Positions 1 to 7,593 of a stretch of DNA of 53,387 nucleotides are shown here, one piece after another. The stretch lies in IMG/VR virus record IMGVR_UViG_3300044971_002285, positions 1 through 53,387 of that record, one strand, 5' to 3'. The notes below the pieces were generated by a model. That model did not search any database. It was not told the origin of the DNA and saw only the letters and a program-made list of their open reading frames with translations. Numbering within the stretch: position 1 is the stretch's first letter; every line of letters begins with the position of its first letter. Made by a program: the position numbers and the translations under genes. The DNA is from a virus (lineage: Duplodnaviria; Caudoviricetes).

Positions 1-633
1 GGTGTAGTATCCGTCGTCCTCGTGATACCAAAAGTATTCGTCTTGGTCGTCCTCGTGGTAGTAGCCGCTGTCCTCGACATAGGTAGCATTGTCTCTCCAA
101 ATGTATTCGCCCTCACAGGAGCCCCCCTCGCACATTACGTAGTCGTCCTCGTCTACCTCGGCCCTCACAAGAAAGTCCCCACTAATGGTTATGAGAAGGT
201 CGGAGACCTCATCACGAAGCAGCGTAACGTGTCGCCTTGGTCTCGATATCCCCAGGTTAGTTGTCTCGCCAATGAGCGCATACATATCCGCAAACGCGCT
301 GGGCTCGGTGAGCATTACGCATTTGCTAATGGGTCGCTCCTCGCCATCATGGCAAGTCACCAACTCCTCGGGCTCACTTGGTGATGCCAAGGCAGGCTCG
401 GCCAAGGTGAGCCACTCTTTGACAAACGTCCAACTATAAGGGTTGCCCCCCTCGGTGTCGCTTATCTTGTATCGTTCTAACGCATCTGACCAATCATCGG
501 TAACGTCGACAACATAGAACGTCCTCTCGTTAAGCTCACGCATCCTGTCGTGGATAAATAGCCCGCCCACGTCATCGTGTTGTCCGTTGCCGAAGTCAAC
601 ACGTACTGAATCTCCTACATTAAATGTACTCAT
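1..633 (-). CDS. Hypothetical early protein, runs off the window edge; acidic Tyr/His/Asp-rich distal part
   Basis: Own translation from ATG 633 (MSTFNVGDSVRVDFGNG...YYHEDDQDEYFWYHEDDGYYT) open to base 1; AT-rich leader; absent from ORF track. Confidence 0.8.
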   Translation of the reverse strand, partial: MSTFNVGDSVRVDFGNGQHDDVGGLFIHDRMRELNERTFYVVDVTDDWSDALERYKISDTEGGNPYSWTFVKEWLTLAEPALASPSEPEELVTCHDGEERPISKCVMLTEPSAFADMYALIGETTNLGISRPRRHVTLLRDEVSDLLITISGDFLVRAEVDEDDYVMCEGGSCEGEYIWRDNATYVEDSGYYHEDDQDEYFWYHEDDGYYT

Positions 634-696
634 AGCAATTATTTATTTAGTTGATAGAATTAAAAATGCGAACACTTTAGGTAGTCCGCTTCACCT

Positions 697-1095
697 TTAG
701 TCAACTTTTACGGGGTGGTATGTTTTAGTGATAACAACCTCCTCTTGCACCTCCTCAAAGTATTTCGCATCCCATAGGAACGGGTAGCGAATGTCGTTGC
801 ACCCCTGCACTGCTTCTATGATGACTTGATGGGTAGGCTCAACGCTCCCTATTTCAAGCCCAACATACTTTGCATCGTGCTCAGTATGCCCTGTGGGGCG
901 AAATGCGTAAGGCCATAGGTCAACGCCATAAACATCCATCAGCACACTAAAAATTGCGTCTAAAGGATTGTCAACATTTGCACTCAGTCCCATGTTGCCC
1001 TCAACGTAATTGTTACCGTACTCGCTATCTTCTGTGATAAATTCACGCTTGATGCGTACTTTTTTACCTATTAACGATTTTATGTGGGTGTTCAT
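697..1095 (-). CDS. Hypothetical early protein (132 aa)
   Basis: ORF in tightly packed minus-strand cluster with AT-rich leader. Confidence 0.75.
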   Translation of the reverse strand: MNTHIKSLIGKKVRIKREFITEDSEYGNNYVEGNMGLSANVDNPLDAIFSVLMDVYGVDLWPYAFRPTGHTEHDAKYVGLEIGSVEPTHQVIIEAVQGCNDIRYPFLWDAKYFEEVQEEVVITKTYHPVKVD

Positions 1096-1100
1096 GATAA

Positions 1101-1274
1101 TTAAGGTTTAGAATAACTGGGAAGCTCCGACAAAGCACAAACAATAGGCTCAACACTCACCGCGCTAAATGCACTTTGGTATTGCTCAATCAAAAAAGAA
1201 GCCTCTTCAAAAGTAGAGGCTTGGTCAATCTCCTCGCGTCCATAAGACGTGAGGGCATATATTTTATAGGTCAT
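1101..1274 (-). CDS. Small hypothetical protein (57 aa, MTYKIYALTSYGREEIDQA...)
   Basis: Own translation; ATGA overlap with upstream ORF; fills gap. Confidence 0.6.
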   Translation of the reverse strand: MTYKIYALTSYGREEIDQASTFEEASFLIEQYQSAFSAVSVEPIVCALSELPSYSKP

Positions 1275-1393
1275 GGGTATTTGGTTGGTAAAATAGTGGA
1301 TAACAAAAAAGAAAGCAGGACAACAAGTCCTGCGCCAATGAAGCCAACAGCCATCCCGGCCTGTGGACTTACTGCAATAAAAATATCATACAT
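1271..1393 (-). CDS. Small single-TM membrane peptide (40 aa)
   Basis: Own translation MYDIFIAVSPQAGMAVGFIGAGLVVLLSFLLSTILPTKYP; overlaps both neighbours by a few nt. Confidence 0.55.
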   Translation of the reverse strand: MYDIFIAVSPQAGMAVGFIGAGLVVLLSFLLSTILPTKYP

Positions 1394-1697
1394 AGTTTTT
1401 AAGTTTCATCAATTCATCATACAATAGTTTGGAACATTCCTGCAGCCCCGACACCAAAAAGTGGCCGTGGTCTACGATTGCGACATAGTATTTGCCATCT
1501 TCTTGGAACGTATATGTCCCATCATAGTCACCGACAACGAGCACACCTTGCTTTACATCTTCTCTTGTGCGACCGAGCATCTTCAGTTCTTCGTCTGTAA
1601 AGCACGGGTCTATAAACAATTCTGTGTATAGACCTTGTTCAATGTCAAGACCTAACTCTTCTCGATAGGCTTCTCCAAGCATTTCTTTAATTTTCAT
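1386..1697 (-). CDS. Hypothetical acidic early protein (103 aa)
   Basis: ORF in early cluster. Confidence 0.75.
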   Translation of the reverse strand: MKIKEMLGEAYREELGLDIEQGLYTELFIDPCFTDEELKMLGRTREDVKQGVLVVGDYDGTYTFQEDGKYYVAIVDHGHFLVSGLQECSKLLYDELMKLKNYV

Positions 1698-1705
1698 AGC
1701 CTGTG

Positions 1706-1864
1706 TTATTTTATTAGGTTTTCAATTTCACTGGGGTTTGTCGTGCCATACTTAGCGAGCACTCTCACGAGCAATGCCTCGGCCTTCTTAAAGGCCGCGC
1801 TTTGCTTGTTTGCATTACTATAGGCAACGTGTGCCCTTCGTATGTCTTTTATCTCCGTGTTCAT
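1706..1864 (-). CDS. Small hypothetical protein (52 aa, MNTEIKDIRRAHVAY...)
   Basis: Own translation; ATGA coupling to 1861..2076. Confidence 0.6.
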   Translation of the reverse strand: MNTEIKDIRRAHVAYSNANKQSAAFKKAEALLVRVLAKYGTTNPSEIENLIK

Positions 1865-2076
1865 AGTAATTCAGCTTTTTGGTTCGCTAAGAAATTGCTC
1901 CAGTCGGTACTCGTTTCATTGTAAACCTGTGCAATTTCATCTTTGAAGGCTCGTGAGTTACTGAATACATCAGTATTATACAACGCACTATTAAAGTTGC
2001 CGTACAATTTTAGTACGAAATCAACGCCATATTTTCTCTCGATGCGGCTCAATGTCTTTTGATTCTTGGTGAGCAT
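1861..2076 (-). CDS. Hypothetical early protein (71 aa)
   Basis: ATG with AT-rich leader, in cluster. Confidence 0.7.
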   Translation of the reverse strand: MLTKNQKTLSRIERKYGVDFVLKLYGNFNSALYNTDVFSNSRAFKDEIAQVYNETSTDWSNFLANQKAELL

Positions 2077-2106
2077 AACAATTATATTTTAGAAAATTAG
2101 TAAACG

Positions 2107-2136
2107 AAAAAAGGGCGCAACCAATAAGGCGCGCCC
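2107..2136 (-). terminator. Intrinsic terminator-like hairpin
   Basis: GGGCGC..GCGCCC stem followed by T6 on the minus strand. Confidence 0.55.
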
Positions 2137-2179
2137 AAAAAAGGAACGAATAAAAGAGAAGGCGCAACCAATAAGGCGC
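2114..2179. repeat. Exact 19-bp direct repeat GGCGCAACCAATAAGGCGC x2
   Basis: Copies at 2114-2132 and 2161-2179. Confidence 0.9.
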
Positions 2180-2294
2180 ACCTATCCCTTTGTGTTAATT
2201 CACGGGTGGGCGTACCTGTACCCGTGAACCTATGCCGTTTTTATTGTGGCTCTCAATTTTGCGACCATAGGCCGCGCGTTCGCTTAGCGAAAAT

Positions 2295-2513
2295 TCAGTA
2301 CAGCATCCCCGCGCGTTTTAGGGCGCGCTTGGCTAACTTTTGCGCTTTATTGCTCATGCTCTTGTCAATCTTTGCGCTATGCAAATTATCAACTTGAGCC
2401 GTGCGAACCCGTGCGGCATGGTTCCGCGCTTGCCCTTTACGAACCTTTGCGCTCGTTAGGGTTTCGCGCGTATTTTTGCCAAGCGTGGACTCACGCGCAA
2501 GAACGAAAAGCAT
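2295..2513 (-). CDS. Small Arg/Lys-rich early protein (72 aa)
   Basis: ATG 1 nt after the upstream stop; very basic. Confidence 0.7.
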   Translation of the reverse strand: MLFVLARESTLGKNTRETLTSAKVRKGQARNHAARVRTAQVDNLHSAKIDKSMSNKAQKLAKRALKRAGMLY

Positions 2514-2514
2514 T

Positions 2515-2835
2515 TTAAGCGTTTTTAGGCTTAATTTCAGCCTTGGCGGCTTCTAAAATAGCGTAAAGCGTTGCAGTATCGTAGGTATCAACGAATTGTC
2601 CCAAACGAATAGTACCTAACCTTTTTAAGTTCGTACTCTTAAAAGATTCAAAGTGAATCGCTTGGTTTCGGCTAATGCCCAAAGTACGAAGGTATTTCGC
2701 TCCGTTCTTGGCATCGAATCCCTTTGCCTTGATGATTATACGGAGCGCATAGGCTACAGCCTCTTGCTCCGTTTCGGCTCCGCCAATTTTAGCAACGATG
2801 TTGCCTTTTGTATTTATTTGAGATAAAACCAACAT
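2515..2835 (-). CDS. First early protein (106 aa), hypothetical
   Basis: ATG 46 nt downstream of sigma54-like promoter. Confidence 0.75.
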   Translation of the reverse strand: MLVLSQINTKGNIVAKIGGAETEQEAVAYALRIIIKAKGFDAKNGAKYLRTLGISRNQAIHFESFKSTNLKRLGTIRLGQFVDTYDTATLYAILEAAKAEIKPKNA

Positions 2836-2880
2836 AGTGAATTTAATTTAATCGGGCATCGTTGCCCTTACCTATTAAGA

Positions 2881-2896
2881 TGCAAGAGCCGTGCCA
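2881..2896 (-). promoter_or_regulatory. sigma54 (RpoN)-type -24/-12 promoter
   Basis: Minus strand TGGCACG-GCTC-TTGCA is a perfect match to TGGCACG-N4-TTGCW; intergenic and oriented into the early cluster. Confidence 0.7.
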
Positions 2897-2955
2897 AAGT
2901 GTTGAAAAGTTGAAAAACTTTTAAGGGGTGAAAAGACAAACTTCAGGAAAATGAC

Positions 2956-2976
2956 TATTTAGAATTGTTCTAAATA
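2956..2976. promoter_or_regulatory. Perfect 9-3-9 palindrome TATTTAGAA-TTG-TTCTAAATA (operator/enhancer candidate)
   Basis: Inverted repeat 60 bp upstream of the sigma54-type promoter. Confidence 0.55.
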
Positions 2977-2992
2977 ATGAATTTTAGGCAAC

Positions 2993-3015
2993 AAAAAAGC
3001 CGCCCGAAGGCGGCT
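2993..3015 (-). terminator. Intrinsic terminator
   Basis: AGCCGCC-TTCG-GGCGGCT-TTTTT on the minus strand (UUCG loop). Confidence 0.85.
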
Positions 3016-3046
3016 CTATGGTTTTCATATTGTCGGTTTCTTTAGG

Positions 3047-3163
3047 TTATTTATTATCGGTTGTGCCTTTGTACCATCCATCAACCCGAAGGTTATGTTT
3101 TAGCACACTAATTAAGGGGTTATCATTTTTGCGCCTCTTTTCTACTTTTTTTGTCCACTTCAT
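3047..3163 (-). CDS. Possible 38-aa basic peptide (MKWTKKVEKRRKND...)
   Basis: Own translation; lies between second sigma54-like promoter and the 2993-3015 terminator. Confidence 0.3.
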   Translation of the reverse strand: MKWTKKVEKRRKNDNPLISVLKHNLRVDGWYKGTTDNK

Positions 3164-3205
3164 ATCGTTGGTTTCTTTAGTCGGCTTCAGTGCCGCTTAT
3201 TGTAT

Positions 3206-3221
3206 TTCAAATGTCGTGCCA
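3206..3221 (-). promoter_or_regulatory. Second sigma54-type promoter
   Basis: TGGCACG-ACAT-TTGAA, one mismatch in -12; preceded by CTT like the first copy. Confidence 0.55.
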
Positions 3222-3530
3222 AAGGGGTAAGGTAATTTACCTAATTGGGGAGCAAGGGTGAAATTTGTTTTGTGCCTTGGGTAAGGTAGGGTGAGTACCT
3301 CGCCCGAGCGGGGAACAATGCGTACCTAATGCTTCGCTGTACCAAGGGCACGACCGAACCGAGAAAAGCCAAAAAAGTGCAACAAGGCAAGCGCGAAGGG
3401 ACACCCCGTGCCTGTTGGCAATCCGTTTTGGTTTGTGTGTGGCTGTGTGTGTGGGGTAGTATAGTCCCCAAAAAACGAATTTCTCACCAGAAAAAACGTC
3501 CACACCGGACGTTGGTGATTTTGCTGTTAT

Positions 3531-3971
3531 TTAGATTGGTTCTAAACTGTCTTTACGCTGCTGTGTAATGATGGAATGGCAGTTGGCACAGCGTATTGCG
3601 CATTTGCGTATTTCGTTCTTTATAAGCTTGATGGAATTGCCTTGGTAAATCATATCCGAGACGTTTTTGTGCTTATCGGATAGGTGGTCAAACTGGAGGA
3701 CTCTGTGGTCTGTTATGCCGCAGTCTGTGCATTTCCCGTGAAGACGCTTGTATCGGTCCACGAATGCTTTGTTTCTGTTACGTTGGTATCTATTCTGCGT
3801 TACGCGTGTCTGTGGATTCTCCTTGTACCACCTTGCGGAGCCTGCTGCGGAGCATTTCTTACAGGAGGACTGCAGTCCATCTGTTTTGCGTTTGTTCTTG
3901 GAGTATTCTGCTGCAGTTTTCACCTCTCGACATACCGAGCAGGGTTTAGAGCTGTTATCCAGTGATGTCAT
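3531..3971 (-). CDS. HNH-like endonuclease with N-terminal Zn finger
   Basis: CSVC..CKKC, CTDC..LQFDH..CANCH motifs; ATG 3971 preferred over GTG 4019. Confidence 0.75.
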   Translation of the reverse strand: MTSLDNSSKPCSVCREVKTAAEYSKNKRKTDGLQSSCKKCSAAGSARWYKENPQTRVTQNRYQRNRNKAFVDRYKRLHGKCTDCGITDHRVLQFDHLSDKHKNVSDMIYQGNSIKLIKNEIRKCAIRCANCHSIITQQRKDSLEPI

Positions 3972-4584
3972 AGAAGAAGTTGTCATCGTCGCTTGTAGCC
4001 CATTTGTCGTGGCTTTCACAGTGATACTTCTGCATGTTCAGTTTGTAGTCTGGTATTTTACCAAATGGGTCGGACACCATGCTTGGCTCTGCCCATAGGA
4101 TTCTGTTATTGGGATATGCACAGAAGTATCCATCTTGTAGTTCGATGATGTGTGCTGCTTTATGCTGTGATGGTTCTTCTGCGAAGGACGTTGATATTCC
4201 TCTTGACATATCCGCATCCCAGTCGACTGTAAAGCGGTATATGCCTTCACGTTTTGTTCTGTCTTTCATCATTACCTGACAGCGTTTTCCTTTTAGGAAC
4301 ATAAACTGTACTACGTGTGGGCTGTATGAGAAGCAGTCCCATAGCTGTAGCTCGTGGAATGGCAGTGCTGGTGCTTCTGGTTTATCAAATGGAACTAGTG
4401 CCGAGATGGGGATTTTATCGTATACGGCACCTATGTCTGTCATTACAAGGAACAGCATTGCTGTGTTTTGAAGGCTTTTAATGGCAAATGCGGTACCTTC
4501 TACTAGTTCACCGTGTCCTGATTCGAGGTTACACAGGTACTCTTTGCGTATGTAGCACTCTATAGGTGGTATGTTTACGTTCAT
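3955..4584 (-). CDS. Conserved phage hypothetical protein
   Basis: Long ORF with LQLWDCFS and AYPNNRILW motifs familiar from phage hypotheticals; alternative start 4605. Confidence 0.8.
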   Translation of the reverse strand: MNVNIPPIECYIRKEYLCNLESGHGELVEGTAFAIKSLQNTAMLFLVMTDIGAVYDKIPISALVPFDKPEAPALPFHELQLWDCFSYSPHVVQFMFLKGKRCQVMMKDRTKREGIYRFTVDWDADMSRGISTSFAEEPSQHKAAHIIELQDGYFCAYPNNRILWAEPSMVSDPFGKIPDYKLNMQKYHCESHDKWATSDDDNFFYDITG

Positions 4585-4873
4585 AGGATAAATATACCGC
4601 TGCACGCAGGTTTATTCATCGTATTTGTAGTCAATTGTGAAGAAAAAGAAGCTATGAACCTACTGAACACAGTACACCCTTATTGTGCGAGCACTGGCGT
4701 AGTCTAGAATTGTAGTAGTCTGTAGTCTTTCGGTTTGCTTGCCCCTGCCTTAAACAGGGGCGGCGCTTTGCCGCCGGGACTGTTGATTGTTCTGCTTGTA
4801 TCTAACCTAGATGGTAAAGTTAGTGCATATTTACCTAAAAAGATTCACTTTGTTTATAATTTACCACCATTGT

Positions 4874-4907
4874 TAAAAAAATGGAGAGGGGAGCCCAAAA
4901 GCTCCCC
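4874..4907 (-). terminator. Terminator downstream of endolysin
   Basis: GGGGAGC-CCAAAA-GCTCCCC stem at 4888-4907 with A-run at 4875-4881. Confidence 0.6.
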
Positions 4908-4911
4908 ATCA

Positions 4912-5526
4912 CTACTTCAGCCAGTTGTAGTACTGCTTGGTGCGGGTAGCTCGGTCCTCAAGACCGTGCGTACCGCCATTCACCCGCTTGGTTAGCGCTA
5001 AGATGGTCTCATCGGTAACACCCTTGTCGCAGATGGCCCACAACTTGTTATTATCAAAGAAGAACCTAGCACTATCAAAAGCATACTCAGCAGCAACAGC
5101 ATCCGGACTGTCCACTAGCTCAGGCTTACCCAACCACCTAGCAAACGCCGCGTAGTTGTTCTTACCAGTAAGCTGCAGCGCTCCACGACCACGGTACTTC
5201 CATCCGTCACCAGAGGCCTCATCACCGTTGCCCATCCTAGAGGCATAAACGCGGTTAGCTATCTTCTCAGGATTCCGCTCGTACTTGGCAGCAACAGCAG
5301 CGTCAGCAAAGTATTTCTTGAAGGTACCAAGCAATCCCTTAGACGAATAGTTGAGGTTCTCAGAGAACGCCTTAAAGCCACCGGTCTCATGGGCTGTCTG
5401 GCCAAAGAAGTGCGCGGCCTGCTCCGGGGTCATACGGAAGTGCTTAGCGGCAGCCTTGATGGTTCCGGGGCCAAACGCCCCATCGGCTGTTACGCCGATG
5501 TTTTCCTGTAGTTTCTTTACGCTCAT
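4912..5526 (-). CDS. Endolysin, GH19 (chitinase class I-like) with short N-terminal peptidoglycan-binding motif
   Basis: ADGAFGPGT; FFGQTAHETGGF..ENLNYS; DGWKYRGRGALQLTGKNNY; TKRVNGGTHGLEDR. Confidence 0.92.
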   Translation of the reverse strand: MSVKKLQENIGVTADGAFGPGTIKAAAKHFRMTPEQAAHFFGQTAHETGGFKAFSENLNYSSKGLLGTFKKYFADAAVAAKYERNPEKIANRVYASRMGNGDEASGDGWKYRGRGALQLTGKNNYAAFARWLGKPELVDSPDAVAAEYAFDSARFFFDNNKLWAICDKGVTDETILALTKRVNGGTHGLEDRATRTKQYYNWLK

Positions 5527-5660
5527 CGCCCCTGGGAGTTATAAGGCTTAGAGTAGTTTTTACTCGCCTTGTTACTAGAGGCGCTCTTGGAGTGCTTTCC
5601 CCTCTTCTTGCTCTTGCTTACATATTTAGCAACAGCTAATCCCTTTGTCTTTGCAGCCAT
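5523..5660 (-). CDS. Small very basic protein (45 aa, ends KPYNSQGR)
   Basis: Own translation; ATGA coupling to the endolysin start. Confidence 0.7.
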   Translation of the reverse strand: MAAKTKGLAVAKYVSKSKKRGKHSKSASSNKASKNYSKPYNSQGR

Positions 5661-5692
5661 CGTTCACGTGTTATGTTCGAGTGTAAAACTAC

Positions 5693-5700
5693 TAACTTTG
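5693..5700 (+). promoter_or_regulatory. Bacteroidota -7 promoter box TAACTTTG
   Basis: Matches TAnnTTTG, intergenic, upstream of 5742. Confidence 0.65.
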
Positions 5701-5741
5701 CCTCATCTACTTATGTTTGAGAACAAATAAACAAGGCAATA

Positions 5742-6623
5742 GTGAACACCAAGAAATACACAAAAGGAGGCGCTCTAAAGCCCGTACCATCAGAAAAGAA
5801 AGGCCTATCTAAGCTACCCACCGAGGTACGCAACAAGATGGGATATATGATGGGCGGCGGTAAGATGGGCATGATGTACAAGAACGGAGGCAAGCAAGAC
5901 CCACCTCGTAAGAAGATTACCGACGTAATCGACCGCAACGGACGCCCAATCTCTCCTATGCGTCGTGAAGTAGAAGCAATGTTCTCGAAGTTCAAAGGAG
6001 AGGTCTACCCAGGACAGGCAGCAAAGACAGAAAAGACCTTTATGGCCAACGCCAAGGCCCGCGAGATGGAAAACCTTACCGAGATGCGCAACGCACTAAA
6101 GAAGTCTGACCCGGACGCCGTTGCAGCATTTGACCGTGGCCTCAAGGCTAAAGGCATGATGGTGGCCAAGCGCCCAGTCAAGAAGATGATGGGCGGTGGC
6201 AAGATGGAGTACGCCATGGGTGGTATGATGGGAAAGAAAATCGAAAGACTTGAGAATCGAGAAAAAAGCCTTGTAGCACGCGGAAGCAAAGCCGTAGACG
6301 AGGGTAGGGAGCGTAAAGCCGACCGACTTCTCGGAAGGGCGGCACGCGTAGAAAACCGTTTAATAAAGGCAAAAGAGTCAGCCCCCGTCAAAAAGATGAT
6401 GGGCGGTGGTAAGATGGATATGATGTATCAAAAAGGCGGTAAGATGGACATAGCTACGGGAGGAAAACGCCCGAAAACGCCTTCTGGTCCATACAACAAG
6501 ACCAAAGACAACAACAGCTACATCTCAAACGACGTAGATATGAGCCCAGCCATTAAAAAGCAGATGATGGCCCTTCGTCAGGCAATGATGTACTTCACAG
6601 GGGTTAGTCCAAAGAACAAGTAA
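5742..6623 (+). CDS. Basic Met/Gly/Lys-rich protein with repeated MMGGGKM / YxxGG motifs (putative virion core protein)
   Basis: Three MMGGGKM copies; strongly basic. Confidence 0.75.
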   Translation: MNTKKYTKGGALKPVPSEKKGLSKLPTEVRNKMGYMMGGGKMGMMYKNGGKQDPPRKKITDVIDRNGRPISPMRREVEAMFSKFKGEVYPGQAAKTEKTFMANAKAREMENLTEMRNALKKSDPDAVAAFDRGLKAKGMMVAKRPVKKMMGGGKMEYAMGGMMGKKIERLENREKSLVARGSKAVDEGRERKADRLLGRAARVENRLIKAKESAPVKKMMGGGKMDMMYQKGGKMDIATGGKRPKTPSGPYNKTKDNNSYISNDVDMSPAIKKQMMALRQAMMYFTGVSPKNK

Positions 6624-6631
6624 TATATTTG
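6624..6631 (+). promoter_or_regulatory. -7 box TATATTTG
   Basis: TAnnTTTG upstream of 6651. Confidence 0.6.
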
Positions 6632-6650
6632 TAACCTACAAAATGTAAAA

Positions 6651-7067
6651 ATGAAAAAGTATCGCGCAACAAAAATGGCCAACGGAGGAAAGACCCCCGT
6701 TAAGCCACCCGTAAAAGTCCAAGGAGCAACAGTCGTTGCTAAAAAGGGCGAAGGCATAAAGACTCAGGGCTTTGCAACCTCAGATTACTTACAAAAAAGG
6801 GACAGCCTAATGACTGCTGGAGTTTCTGACTTTATGAAGGGCAAACCAAAGGATTACAAGATATCCGATGCTGAGCGCAGCAATATAAAGGACAAAGTAC
6901 GAGCCGAGCTCATCAAAGGCGGTCAGCAGTTTTATGCTCCCGTATTCAAGGAAACAGGGGCTAAACTAACACCAACTCAATTGGCCGACAAAAAGCGCCT
7001 CGAAGAAGAGCAGCGCAAAAAATCAGCCGCTGGATATGGCGTACGTCCGGTAGCATATAAAAAATAG
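6651..7067 (+). CDS. Basic hypothetical protein (138 aa)
   Basis: ORF with own promoter box; KMANGG motif. Confidence 0.75.
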   Translation: MKKYRATKMANGGKTPVKPPVKVQGATVVAKKGEGIKTQGFATSDYLQKRDSLMTAGVSDFMKGKPKDYKISDAERSNIKDKVRAELIKGGQQFYAPVFKETGAKLTPTQLADKKRLEEEQRKKSAAGYGVRPVAYKK

Positions 7068-7076
7068 TACTTAAAT

Positions 7077-7109
7077 AAAAAAGGGGGCCCAAAAGCCCCC
7101 TTCTTATTT
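7077..7109. terminator. Bidirectional terminator between convergent genes
   Basis: AAGGGGGC-CCAAAA-GCCCCCTT flanked by A-rich and T-rich runs. Confidence 0.8.
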
Positions 7110-7121
7110 ATGGTTACTCCA

Positions 7122-7481
7122 CTATTTAAGGCGGACGAGGCCTCTTAGTGTTCCGCCATACATACTCATATAGTAAACATCGCATTCCTCAAAATGGAAG
7201 ATGTAACCAAAGACTGTTACGTCGCTCTTCGGAATTTTAGTTGCGTTGATACACGCACTGCCTAGGTCAGAATACAATTTGTACGCTCGATAGTCTGCGC
7301 TGTCTGAACTATTCAGACCTTCAATGACATAGTCGTAAACCCCAGGCTCGTATTTTACGAGTTTAATATCCTCAAAGGCGAGTGCTAATTTGGCATTAAG
7401 CTCAATAGCTTCAGGGGATTTTAGTTGTGCATTAGCTTGAAAACCAAGGGTTGCGGCTAGAAATAAAATGATGTTTTTCAT
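7122..7481 (-). CDS. Secreted/periplasmic protein with Sec signal peptide (119 aa)
   Basis: Start re-assigned to ATG 7481: MKNIILFLAATLGFQANA|Q, AxA site with +1 Gln typical of Bacteroidota. Confidence 0.75.
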   Translation of the reverse strand: MKNIILFLAATLGFQANAQLKSPEAIELNAKLALAFEDIKLVKYEPGVYDYVIEGLNSSDSADYRAYKLYSDLGSACINATKIPKSDVTVFGYIFHFEECDVYYMSMYGGTLRGLVRLK

Positions 7482-7504
7482 GATGGTTGGATTTAATTGA
7501 AAGG

Positions 7505-7535
7505 CAAATGTATGTAAAATTTTGAATTGACCAAA
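7505..7535 (-). promoter_or_regulatory. Complete Bacteroidota primary-sigma promoter
   Basis: TTTG (7535-7532), 19-nt spacer, TACATTTG (7512-7505). Confidence 0.75.
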
Positions 7536-7581
7536 TAAAAGCAAAAAAAATTTCAAATACCCAAAGGCCAAACAAGTTTGG

Positions 7582-7589
7582 TAACTTTG
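7582..7589 (+). promoter_or_regulatory. -7 box TAACTTTG, 4 nt before ATG
   Basis: TAnnTTTG match. Confidence 0.65.
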
Positions 7590-7593
7590 AGGC

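Noticed and set aside
22-439. Plus-strand ORFs 22..384 and 185..439
   Set aside because: Antisense to the longer minus-strand ORF 633..1 that fits the early cluster
1735-1748. Third TGGCACG (minus strand) sigma54-like site
   Set aside because: No -12 TTGC element and it lies inside a coding region
3018-3568. Several 70-90 aa ORFs on both strands
   Set aside because: Mutually overlapping, atypical composition, and they cover promoter-like elements; probably non-coding
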